Shown one piece after another: positions 1 through 7,131 of a stretch of DNA of 31,328 nucleotides. Every line of letters starts with the position of its first letter. Within the stretch, counting starts at the first letter, position 1. The position numbers were made by a program, and so were the translations under genes. The notes below the pieces were generated by a model, which searched no databases, had not been told where the DNA came from, and was given only the letters and a program-made list of their open reading frames with translations. Source of the DNA: a bacterium (GTDB taxonomy: Bacteria > Acidobacteriota > Blastocatellia > HR10); the NCBI GenBank assembly GCA_041640655.1, contig JBEPZV010000031.1, positions 1-31,328 of the forward strand. Direction: 5' to 3'.

Positions 1-124
1 GGCCGGGATCGCTCCCGAAGAGCTGATCCACGTCGGGCTGCTGGCCATCACGACGATCGGATGGTCTGGCGCCTTCGCCGCGATCACCTGGATCATGGAT
101 GTCCTGCCCAAAGAACGGGCGTGA
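1..124 (+). CDS. 3' end of a carboxymuconolactone decarboxylase (CMD/AhpD-like) family protein, truncated by the window edge
   Basis: Frame from base 2 reads AGIAPEELIHVGLLAITTIGWSGAFAAITWIMDVLPKERA* (TGA 122-124), resembling the C-terminal 'G.s.EEi.hv.llaittiG' helices of CMD proteins. Not in the ORF track. Confidence 0.7.
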   Translation, partial: AGIAPEELIHVGLLAITTIGWSGAFAAITWIMDVLPKERA

Positions 125-158
125 ACGAACCGATCGCGCGCAGGGCGACACCGGGATC

Positions 159-196
159 GGAGAGGGCGGGAGGACGAGGACTCATCCCCCCTCTCC
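159..196. terminator. Inverted repeat between convergent genes, possible terminator
   Basis: GGAGAGGG(C)GGGA (159-171) pairs with TCCCCCCTCTCC (185-196): 12 bp with one bulge and a 13-nt loop. No U-tract. Confidence 0.35.
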
Positions 197-345
197 CCCG
201 TAGTCGTCACTCCAGGTGAAGCGGACCTCGCTCCGGGGTGAATCCCAGATCGCCGGAGCGCCCGCGAATGCTGGGGCCGAGGAGTCGCCTTTCAATTCAA
301 ACGCGGGAGCGGAGCTTTCCTCACAGCAGATGGCGCTCGCCGAAC

Positions 346-801
346 TCATTTCGCGGAGCGCTTTCTCCTGGCAGGAGCGACGCGGACGCGGAGCGGGTCC
401 GTGACGAGTGTCTCCGGGGGCTCAAGGTTCAAGACACCGTGCACGAGATATTCTCCAGGAGGCACACGACGGCCGCGTGCATCCACCAGCTTCCAAGTCA
501 CTTCGAAACGTAGCTCCTCTCCGGGATCGAGACCCCGATATTCGAGGATTTGCTGCACGATCTGCCCTCGCTGCCATTCCCAGACGAGCGTCCCATCCGG
601 GCGCTTCACGAGGACGTTATACGCCGGACGTCCACCGAGAGTGAGCGTGAGGCGGTGCCCGCTGTCGTTTCTGACCCTCAGCTCCAAGAGGATCGCGCGA
701 GCCGTTTGTTCCCTCACTTCGATGCGCGCAGAGAGCGCTTCGGGGCTTGGCCTCGCGCTGGCCTCCTGGAGGCTTCCCATCAAGAGCGCCAGCAGAAGCA
801 T
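346..801 (-). CDS. Secreted BsuPI-like (proteinase inhibitor-type Ig-fold) protein, about 151 aa
   Basis: ATG at 801 follows GAGGAGG and opens a hydrophobic leader (MLLLALLMGSLQEASA). LELRVRNDSGHRLTLTLGGRPAYNVLVKRPDGTLVWEWQRGQIVQQILEYRGLDPGEELRFEVTW...G..VPPGEY fits the BsuPI pattern. The track's longer start overlaps the upstream protease. Confidence 0.75.
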   Translation of the reverse strand: MLLLALLMGSLQEASARPSPEALSARIEVREQTARAILLELRVRNDSGHRLTLTLGGRPAYNVLVKRPDGTLVWEWQRGQIVQQILEYRGLDPGEELRFEVTWKLVDARGRRVPPGEYLVHGVLNLEPPETLVTDPLRVRVAPARRKRSAK

Positions 802-835
802 CCCGCCTCCTCTCAGGCCACGGCCTTCGCGCGGC

Positions 836-2110
836 TCAACAGCTTCCGGTGGCGCAGGTGTGCAGCGAACCCAGCTCATCACTGCGCTGGATATTCCCGA
901 TCGGGCTGTAGACGAAGCTCGTGCCGGAGGAATTCCCCCCCCAGAGCAGCCCATAGAGGGTGACGTCCCCATTATTGGGGCCGATCTTGAAAACGGGCGA
1001 ACCACTGTCGCCGGCCGCGACGGTCGCCTGGACGAAATCCTGACAGAGGAGCACAATGCGTGTGCCGGCGACGCCCACGTTCACGCACGTCTGCGTGATC
1101 GGACCTTGAGACCATCCGGTCGTGCGCCCGACTTTGTTGAGCACCTCTCCGGTGACTCGCCGCGTGGCCTCGGCCGTGATCCGAAAGTTCCCCGCGATGA
1201 CGAGCGACCCCAGGCTCTCGGTTCGAGCCAGATAGCCGAGGCTCGCGCTCACACCTGAGGCGAGTCGCGCGAACGCGCTGTCGCTGTAGCGACAGACCCG
1301 GCCCCGCGGGCAATTGAGCCGCCAGGTATAGAGCGGATCGGCGATCTCCGTCCCGATGAACGTATCCGTGGCTTCCAGCGGCTGCCAATAGGGCGTATTC
1401 TCGACCCCGCCTTGCACATCCGTGCAGTGCGAGGCCGTCACAAACCCCGCAATTTCCGAACGCACAGCGTTGAACCCATAGGTGCACAGATAGCCAGGGA
1501 AGTTGATCTGAAGTCCGCCAACAAGCGGCCGCACTTTCTCCCGCAGCGTCGCCATGGGGAGGATGGGGTCGACCCGCTCCACCACCACCGCTTCGCGCGG
1601 AATGCCTGCGGCGGCGAGCACTGCCAGAACGTGCCGGCCCGCCTCTTCGTCCTCCACTCCAATCCGCAGCCGATTCCGCGCCTCGTCAATATCGGTCAGC
1701 ATCACCCCCTCGACCTCGAACACCTGAGGAGAGAGCTGATCATGCCACTCCTTGAGCTGGAGAAAATTGTACCGCGCCGGGAGCAGCCGAATCGCGCCCG
1801 TGCGAAGTCGGGGTTCGTCCCATGCGAGCGCCCGCGCGATCGCCGCCCCGATCTCCCGCTTCGAGAGCGTCGTCACCTCGCCCTGGACCAGGTAGACGGC
1901 GATTCGCCCGTCCTCGTCCAGAAAGAGCCCACCAAATCCCGGAACCTGTTCAGCAATACGAGCCAAGCGATCGTCGAGCGTCTCCTCCAGGAGATGTGCC
2001 GTCGCCCCTTGCGATGTCAAAGTCGCGCTCCAGGCGCCGAAACCGGAGGCGAGGACCAGACCGAGAAGAACGCTCACGACCAGGACATAGCGTCTCGGTG
2101 TGCGTGTCAT
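836..2110 (-). CDS. Secreted S1 (chymotrypsin-clan, alpha-lytic/streptogrisin-like) serine protease with prodomain, about 424 aa
   Basis: Catalytic triad motifs FVTASHC, YSDSAF and AGDSGSPV; also CTYGF and KVGRTTG. Signal peptide follows ATG 2110, which has SD AAGGAG. About 160-aa pro-region. Confidence 0.9.
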   Translation of the reverse strand: MTRTPRRYVLVVSVLLGLVLASGFGAWSATLTSQGATAHLLEETLDDRLARIAEQVPGFGGLFLDEDGRIAVYLVQGEVTTLSKREIGAAIARALAWDEPRLRTGAIRLLPARYNFLQLKEWHDQLSPQVFEVEGVMLTDIDEARNRLRIGVEDEEAGRHVLAVLAAAGIPREAVVVERVDPILPMATLREKVRPLVGGLQINFPGYLCTYGFNAVRSEIAGFVTASHCTDVQGGVENTPYWQPLEATDTFIGTEIADPLYTWRLNCPRGRVCRYSDSAFARLASGVSASLGYLARTESLGSLVIAGNFRITAEATRRVTGEVLNKVGRTTGWSQGPITQTCVNVGVAGTRIVLLCQDFVQATVAAGDSGSPVFKIGPNNGDVTLYGLLWGGNSSGTSFVYSPIGNIQRSDELGSLHTCATGSC

Positions 2111-2158
2111 AACACTTCTCCTTACCGCCACTCGTCTCACCAACTGAAACCGGCCCGC

Positions 2159-2187
2159 ATTCTACCCCTCGTCCCGTGCACGGTCAA
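2159..2187 (-). promoter_or_regulatory. Sigma70-type promoter for the protease/inhibitor genes
   Basis: Minus strand TTGACC-N17-TAGAAT. Confidence 0.7.
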
Positions 2188-2208
2188 GCGGAAAAAGGGG
2201 CTTCGATA

Positions 2209-2238
2209 TTGCCAAGTGGGCCGCTGTCCTGATAGATT
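2209..2238 (+). promoter_or_regulatory. Sigma70-type promoter for the amidohydrolase cluster
   Basis: TTGCCA-N18-TAGATT with extended -10 TGn. Divergent from the protease promoter. Confidence 0.6.
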
Positions 2239-2282
2239 ACGGGCGCATGGCGTGGGGAGGACATTCACGGGAGAGGGAGACT

Positions 2283-3992
2283 ATGCGACGAAGCATCAGC
2301 CCACGGAGGGAGACCTCGTCCATTCGGAGCAAAGGCGCGTGGAGCGTCTGGGGGATCGCGCTGCTGCTCTGCGCGCTCCTGTTCGGAAGGCCCGGCTTTG
2401 GTCAAACGCCGGCCGTATATGCCATCAAGGATGCGCGCATTGTGACGGTGAGTGGGCCGGTGATCCCGAAAGGCACGGTCGTCTTTCGAGACGGGATCAT
2501 CACGGCGGTGGGGGAGAATGTTCCCATTCCCCCCGAGGCGCGCGTGATTGAAGGGAGCGGCCTGACCGTGTATCCGGGGCTCTTCGACACGCAGACGGAC
2601 CTGGGATTGCCGACGGCGCCACCGGTGACCGGAGCGCGCCCTGGGGCTCCGGTGGCGGCACCGCAGGCTCAAGCTCAGGCTCAACCGCCATCTCCTCCGC
2701 ACACGCAGCCGGAATGGCTGGCCGCTCGACATCTTCAGATCGGCGGACAACGGTTCGAGAGCGTGCGCAGCGCGGGGATCACAAATGCGCTCGTCATCCC
2801 ATCCCGCGGGATCTTCATCGGCCAGAGCGCGCTCATCAACACAGCCGGCGATACCCCACAGCGCGCTGTGGTGAAGTCGCCCGTCGCCGTGCACATCGGC
2901 TTCACGCCGATGGGAGGCGGCCTGGGGGGGCGATTCCCCGGCTCGCTCATGGGCGTGTTCGCGCACATTCGTCAGACGTTGCTCGATGCCCAGCAGTATG
3001 GGCAGCATTGGGAGCTGTACCGGCGGAATCCGCGCGGCCTGCAACGCCCCGAGTACAACGAATCCCTGGAGGCGCTGCAGCCGGTCTTGCGCGGTGAGCT
3101 GCCCGTCATCTTCCACGTCAATTCCGAATCGGAGATTCGGCGAGCCATTCGCCTGGCCGAGGAATTCAACGTGAGGTTCATCCTGAGCGGGGCGATCGAG
3201 GCGTATAAAGCCGTGGACGTGCTCCGCGAGAAGCGCATCCCGCTGCTGGTCAGCGTGAATTTCCCCGAGCGACCGCGCGATGCGGATCCCGAAGCCGACG
3301 AGCCCTTGCGCATCCTGCGCCTGCGGGCGGAAGCTCCACAGAATCCCGCGCGACTGCACCAAGCCGGTGTGAAATTCGCGTTCCATTCCGGAGGCTTGTC
3401 CAACCCGAGAGATTACCTTCGGAACGTGGCGCGAGCCATCCAAGCGGGATTGCCGGAAGAGGTCGCGCTGCGCGCCCTCACCCTTCATGCGGCGGAGATC
3501 CTCGGCGTAGCCGAGCAGCTGGGGAGCATCGAGGTCGGGAAGATCGCCAATCTCATCATCACCGATGGCGATCTCTTCGCCGAGCGCACGCGGATCCGGC
3601 ACCTCTTCATTGATGGACGCGAGATCGAGCTGAGGCCCAGCGAGCCCGAGCGCCCATCCGCGCCCCCCTCCGCTCCCACGCCCCCCGTCTCGGTGACGGG
3701 CGCATGGAATCTCACGGTCGAATCCCCGCAAGGGATGGTTCCGGTCACGGCCGATCTGCGACAGGAGGGGGACGTGCTCTCCGGCACCGTGACCAGCCCC
3801 TTCGGGCAGTCGAACATCTCCAGCGGGTCCATCTCCGGCCATGAGGTGCGGTTCACGCTCTCGGTGGAGATTCAAGGAACGCCCATGCTGGTCACCTTTG
3901 CCGGCCGCGTCGAAGGGGACCGCATGAGTGGGATGGTGACCGTTGAAGGAATGGGATCCTTCCCCTTTTCCGGAACGCGACCTCGAGGATGA
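2283..3992 (+). CDS. Secreted amidohydrolase-family protein lacking the HxH metal motif, with Pro-rich linker and C-terminal beta-rich domain, about 569 aa
   Basis: AIKDARIVTVSG..., VYPGLFDTQTD (HxH absent), LGSIEVGKIANLII. Signal peptide ends GFG-Q. ATG 2283 follows GGGAGA. Confidence 0.88.
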   Translation: MRRSISPRRETSSIRSKGAWSVWGIALLLCALLFGRPGFGQTPAVYAIKDARIVTVSGPVIPKGTVVFRDGIITAVGENVPIPPEARVIEGSGLTVYPGLFDTQTDLGLPTAPPVTGARPGAPVAAPQAQAQAQPPSPPHTQPEWLAARHLQIGGQRFESVRSAGITNALVIPSRGIFIGQSALINTAGDTPQRAVVKSPVAVHIGFTPMGGGLGGRFPGSLMGVFAHIRQTLLDAQQYGQHWELYRRNPRGLQRPEYNESLEALQPVLRGELPVIFHVNSESEIRRAIRLAEEFNVRFILSGAIEAYKAVDVLREKRIPLLVSVNFPERPRDADPEADEPLRILRLRAEAPQNPARLHQAGVKFAFHSGGLSNPRDYLRNVARAIQAGLPEEVALRALTLHAAEILGVAEQLGSIEVGKIANLIITDGDLFAERTRIRHLFIDGREIELRPSEPERPSAPPSAPTPPVSVTGAWNLTVESPQGMVPVTADLRQEGDVLSGTVTSPFGQSNISSGSISGHEVRFTLSVEIQGTPMLVTFAGRVEGDRMSGMVTVEGMGSFPFSGTRPRG

Positions 3993-4007
3993 AGGCAGGA
4001 GGGAGCT

Positions 4008-5420
4008 ATGAGGAACGTCCGAGCATTCACCGTCGCCGCACAGGTTTGGGGGCTCATCGCGAGCCTCCTTTGGTTCGGCTTCGTCTTCCCGGGAGTGAGT
4101 TCGGCGCAGGCGCCGCAGAGCGGCGCTCGGGATGAGGTGACGCTCATTCGCGGCGCCACGATCCTGACCGTCACGCGAGGGCGGATCGAGAACGGTTCGA
4201 TCCTCATTCGCGGAGGGAAGATCGCCGCCATCGGTCGGAATCTCGAGGCGCCGCCCGGGGCGAAGGTCATTGACGCGACGGGCAAGTACATCATGCCCGG
4301 CATCATTGATTGCCACTCGCACATCGCCATAGACGGCGGGGTGAACGAGGGCACGCTCGCGGTCACCTCCATGGTGCGCATCGAGGACGTGCTCGATCCG
4401 ACCGACATCAACATCTATCGCGATCTGGCCGGGGGCGTGACGACGGCGAATATCCTGCACGGGAGCGCGAACCCCATCGGTGGCTTGAACGCCGTGATCA
4501 AGCTCCGGTGGGGGAAGACGGCGCGCGAGATGCTCTTTGAGGGCGCGATGCCGGGCATCAAGTTCGCCCTCGGAGAGAATCCGAAGCGCTCGAATTTCAC
4601 CCCACCGCCGGGAACGCCTCGTCGCTATCCGGCCACGCGCCTGGGCGTCGAGTCCGTGATCCGCGAGGCGTTCACGCAGGCGCGCAACTACATGCGTCAG
4701 TGGGAGGAGTACGAGCGCCGTCGGCAAGCGGGGGAGAACGTCGTCCCACCGCGCCGCGATCTGAAACTGGACCCCCTGGTCGAAATCCTGCAAGGCAAGC
4801 GGCTGGTTCACGCGCATGCGTATCGCGCCGATGAGATCCTGATGCTCATCCGCCTGGCCGAGGAGTTCGGCTTCAAGGTCGCGACCTTCCAACACGTGCT
4901 GGAGGGGTATAAGGTCGCCCGAGAGATCGCCGCTCATGGCGCGGGCGCATCTACGTTCTCCGACTGGTGGGCGTACAAGGTCGAAGCCTATGATGCCATC
5001 CCCTACAACGGGGCGATCATGGCGCGCAAAGGCGTCGTGGTCTCCTTCAACTCCGACAGCGCCGAGTTGGCCCGCCGCTTGAACTTGGAAGCGGCCAAGG
5101 CCATGAAGTACGGCGGTCTGAGCGAAGACGAAGCCCTGGCGCTCATCACCATCAACCCGGCCAAACAATTGCGCATTGATCATCGGGTCGGCTCTATCGA
5201 GGTCGGCAAAGACGCCGATCTGGTGATCTACAGTGGGCATCCCTTGAGCGTCTATTCGATCGTCGAGAAGGTGTTCATTGACGGCCAGCTCTATTTCGAC
5301 CGCGAGGCCGACCTGGCCCGGCGCGCGGAGATTCAGAAGGAGAAAGAAGCGCTCAAGGCGCGCGAGCGAAGCGGCGAGCGTCGCGGTGGGCCTCGCGGAC
5401 GCCCGCCCGAACAACCGTGA
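4008..5420 (+). CDS. Secreted metal-dependent amidohydrolase (HutI/M38-like group) with intact ligands, 470 aa
   Basis: PGIIDCHSH (HxH), [48 protein letters not shown]. Signal peptide ends SSA-Q. Confidence 0.92.
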   Translation: MRNVRAFTVAAQVWGLIASLLWFGFVFPGVSSAQAPQSGARDEVTLIRGATILTVTRGRIENGSILIRGGKIAAIGRNLEAPPGAKVIDATGKYIMPGIIDCHSHIAIDGGVNEGTLAVTSMVRIEDVLDPTDINIYRDLAGGVTTANILHGSANPIGGLNAVIKLRWGKTAREMLFEGAMPGIKFALGENPKRSNFTPPPGTPRRYPATRLGVESVIREAFTQARNYMRQWEEYERRRQAGENVVPPRRDLKLDPLVEILQGKRLVHAHAYRADEILMLIRLAEEFGFKVATFQHVLEGYKVAREIAAHGAGASTFSDWWAYKVEAYDAIPYNGAIMARKGVVVSFNSDSAELARRLNLEAAKAMKYGGLSEDEALALITINPAKQLRIDHRVGSIEVGKDADLVIYSGHPLSVYSIVEKVFIDGQLYFDREADLARRAEIQKEKEALKARERSGERRGGPRGRPPEQP

Positions 5421-5466
5421 GGGGACGGACGGCATCTGCCGGAAGCACTGCTTGGGAGGTCCTGCC

Positions 5467-6807
5467 ATGAAGAGGAGAACACTTCTGCTCATCGTCGCCC
5501 TTGGACTTCTGCCGGCGCTCTCGCCACCGACCGCGTGGGCGCAGCGTGGGGAGACCTACGCCATCACCAACGCGCGCATCGTCACAATCACCGGCCCAGT
5601 GATCGAGCGCGGCACGGTGGTCATCCGCGACGGGAAGATCGCCGCCGTCGGGCGGAATGTCTCGATCCCGGCGGGCGCGCGCGTCATCAATGCGCAAGGG
5701 ATGTGGGTCTATCCCGGATTCATTGATTCGGGGACGACCATCGGATTGACCGAGATCGGTCAGGTCGCCGCCACGGTGGACGTCAATGAGATCGGAGACT
5801 TCAACCCCCACTTGAAAGCGATCGTCGCCGTTCACCCCGCGAGCGAGATCATCCCGGTGACGCGCGTCAACGGCATCACGACTGTGCTCACGACGCCGCG
5901 CGGCGGCATCCTCGCCGGGCAGGCGGCGCTCATCAATCTCGACGGCTGGACGTGGGAGGAGATGCTCGTCAAAGCCCCCGTGGGGATCTATTTCAACTTC
6001 CCCTCCATCGCGTCGGGTCGCTTCTTCGATCCGGAGACGTTCCAGCCGCGCGAGCGCAGTTTTGAGGAAGCCCGCCGCCAGCGCGACGAACGCCTGCAGC
6101 GCGTGAAGCGGCTTCTGGAGGATGCGCGCGCCTATGCGAAGGCGAAGAGAGCGGCGGAGATGGGCGTGCCTCAGGGGAACGCCGCCGGTGATGGGGATCG
6201 GCACCCCTTCCTGGTCAATCCCGTCCTGGAGTCGCTGGTCCCGGTCGTCGAGGGGACGCTGCCGCTGATCGTGGCCGCCAATGACGATCGGGACATCAAA
6301 GCCGCCGTCGAGTTCGCCGACGAGCAAAAGGTCAAGATCATCGTGAGCGGCGGGCTGGAAGCGCCGAAGGTCGCCCAACTGCTCAAGGAGAAGAACATCC
6401 CCGTATTGCTCGGTCCCGTCCTCAGTCTCCCGCGAAATGAAGACGATCCCTATGACAGCACGTTCACCGCGGCGAAGCAGCTGCACGAAGCGGGGGTGAA
6501 GTTCGCCTTCCTGACCAATGATGCGGCGAACGCGCGCAACTTGCCGTATCATGCGGCGATGGCCGTCGCCTTCGGCTTGCCGCGCGAGGAGGCGCTGAAG
6601 GCGTTGACCATCTCTCCGGCGGAGATCTTCGGCGTCGCCGATCGGCTGGGGAGCATCGAGGTGGGCAAGATCGCCAATCTCGTTGTCTGGGACGGCGATC
6701 CGTTGGAGATTCGCTCACAGGTGCGGCATCTCTTCATCAACGGGAAGCCCGTGCCGCTCACCAGCAAACACACGCAGCTCTATGAGCGCTACCGGAACCG
6801 ACCGTGA
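5467..6807 (+). CDS. Secreted amidohydrolase-family protein lacking metal-binding His residues, about 446 aa
   Basis: ATG 5467 follows GGAGGT. Leader MKRRTLLLIVALG...AWA-Q. YPGFIDSGTT (HxH absent), LIVAAND, IIVSGG, LGSIEVGKIANLVV. Confidence 0.9.
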   Translation: MKRRTLLLIVALGLLPALSPPTAWAQRGETYAITNARIVTITGPVIERGTVVIRDGKIAAVGRNVSIPAGARVINAQGMWVYPGFIDSGTTIGLTEIGQVAATVDVNEIGDFNPHLKAIVAVHPASEIIPVTRVNGITTVLTTPRGGILAGQAALINLDGWTWEEMLVKAPVGIYFNFPSIASGRFFDPETFQPRERSFEEARRQRDERLQRVKRLLEDARAYAKAKRAAEMGVPQGNAAGDGDRHPFLVNPVLESLVPVVEGTLPLIVAANDDRDIKAAVEFADEQKVKIIVSGGLEAPKVAQLLKEKNIPVLLGPVLSLPRNEDDPYDSTFTAAKQLHEAGVKFAFLTNDAANARNLPYHAAMAVAFGLPREEALKALTISPAEIFGVADRLGSIEVGKIANLVVWDGDPLEIRSQVRHLFINGKPVPLTSKHTQLYERYRNRP

Positions 6808-6987
6808 GTCGCCCGGCGGGCCCAGACAGGCTCGTCGCGGATCAAGCGACAGCGGGATCTACCGGCGCCAGCCAACAGGCGCCATAGGACGGGAGAGGGC
6901 CGCGGGGGGCGAAGGTGGTGCCTGAATCCCCTCGCGCGCCTGGAGCGACCATCCTTGCGCAGTCGGCACCTTCTCCACGAGGGGCCG

Positions 6988-7017
6988 TTGAAGAGCGCCC
7001 TCCGTCTGGGATATAAC
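6988..7017 (+). promoter_or_regulatory. Probable sigma70 promoter of the hypothetical propeller gene
   Basis: TTGAAG-N18-TATAAC in a GC-rich intergenic region. Confidence 0.45.
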
Positions 7018-7043
7018 TGGCGACGGGAATTCCGGCCAGGTGT

Positions 7044-7110
7044 GGCGATGTGAGACGAGAAGCCTTCGGTCGAAAGAGTAAGGGGACGATCGGAGCAGAT
7101 CTCACTCGCC
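7044..7110 (+). other. Two-stem hairpin in the presumed 5' leader
   Basis: GGCGA/TCGCC and GTGAGA/TCTCAC form an outer stem. TTCGGTCG (7065-7072)/CGATCGGA (7087-7094) forms an inner stem with a 14-nt purine-rich loop. Ends about 8 nt before the SD. Confidence 0.45.
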
Positions 7111-7131
7111 GAACGCACAGGAGGAATGGGG

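Noticed and set aside
2660..2690. Short GCTCAG/GCTCAA tandem repeat
   Set aside because: It encodes an in-frame QAQAQAQ linker. Too short and not a CRISPR or phase-variation tract.
3990..4010. Possible TGA readthrough or selenocysteine fusing amidohydrolase 1 and 2 (same frame, single TGA)
   Set aside because: Gene 2 has its own GGAGG SD and signal peptide. The sdhD-sdhA junction has the same in-frame 15-nt TGAAGG..GAGGGAGC layout, so this looks like an ordinary operon junction.
2265..5492. 1075-aa antisense ORF over amidohydrolase genes 1 and 2 (similar shadows at 5353-6552, 8439-9794, 12968-15166, 22587-24083, 25190-26428, 27803-29029)
   Set aside because: These are codon-register mirrors of high-GC genes, in which TTA/CTA/TCA codons are rare. 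They show no recognisable motifs. The 1075-aa ORF is long because the two sense genes share a frame.
6880..6975. GGGAGAG...GCGAAGG with GC stems, reminiscent of a glycine riboswitch
   Set aside because: It lacks the GCCGAAG and CTCTCAGG core elements and lies upstream of the predicted promoter.
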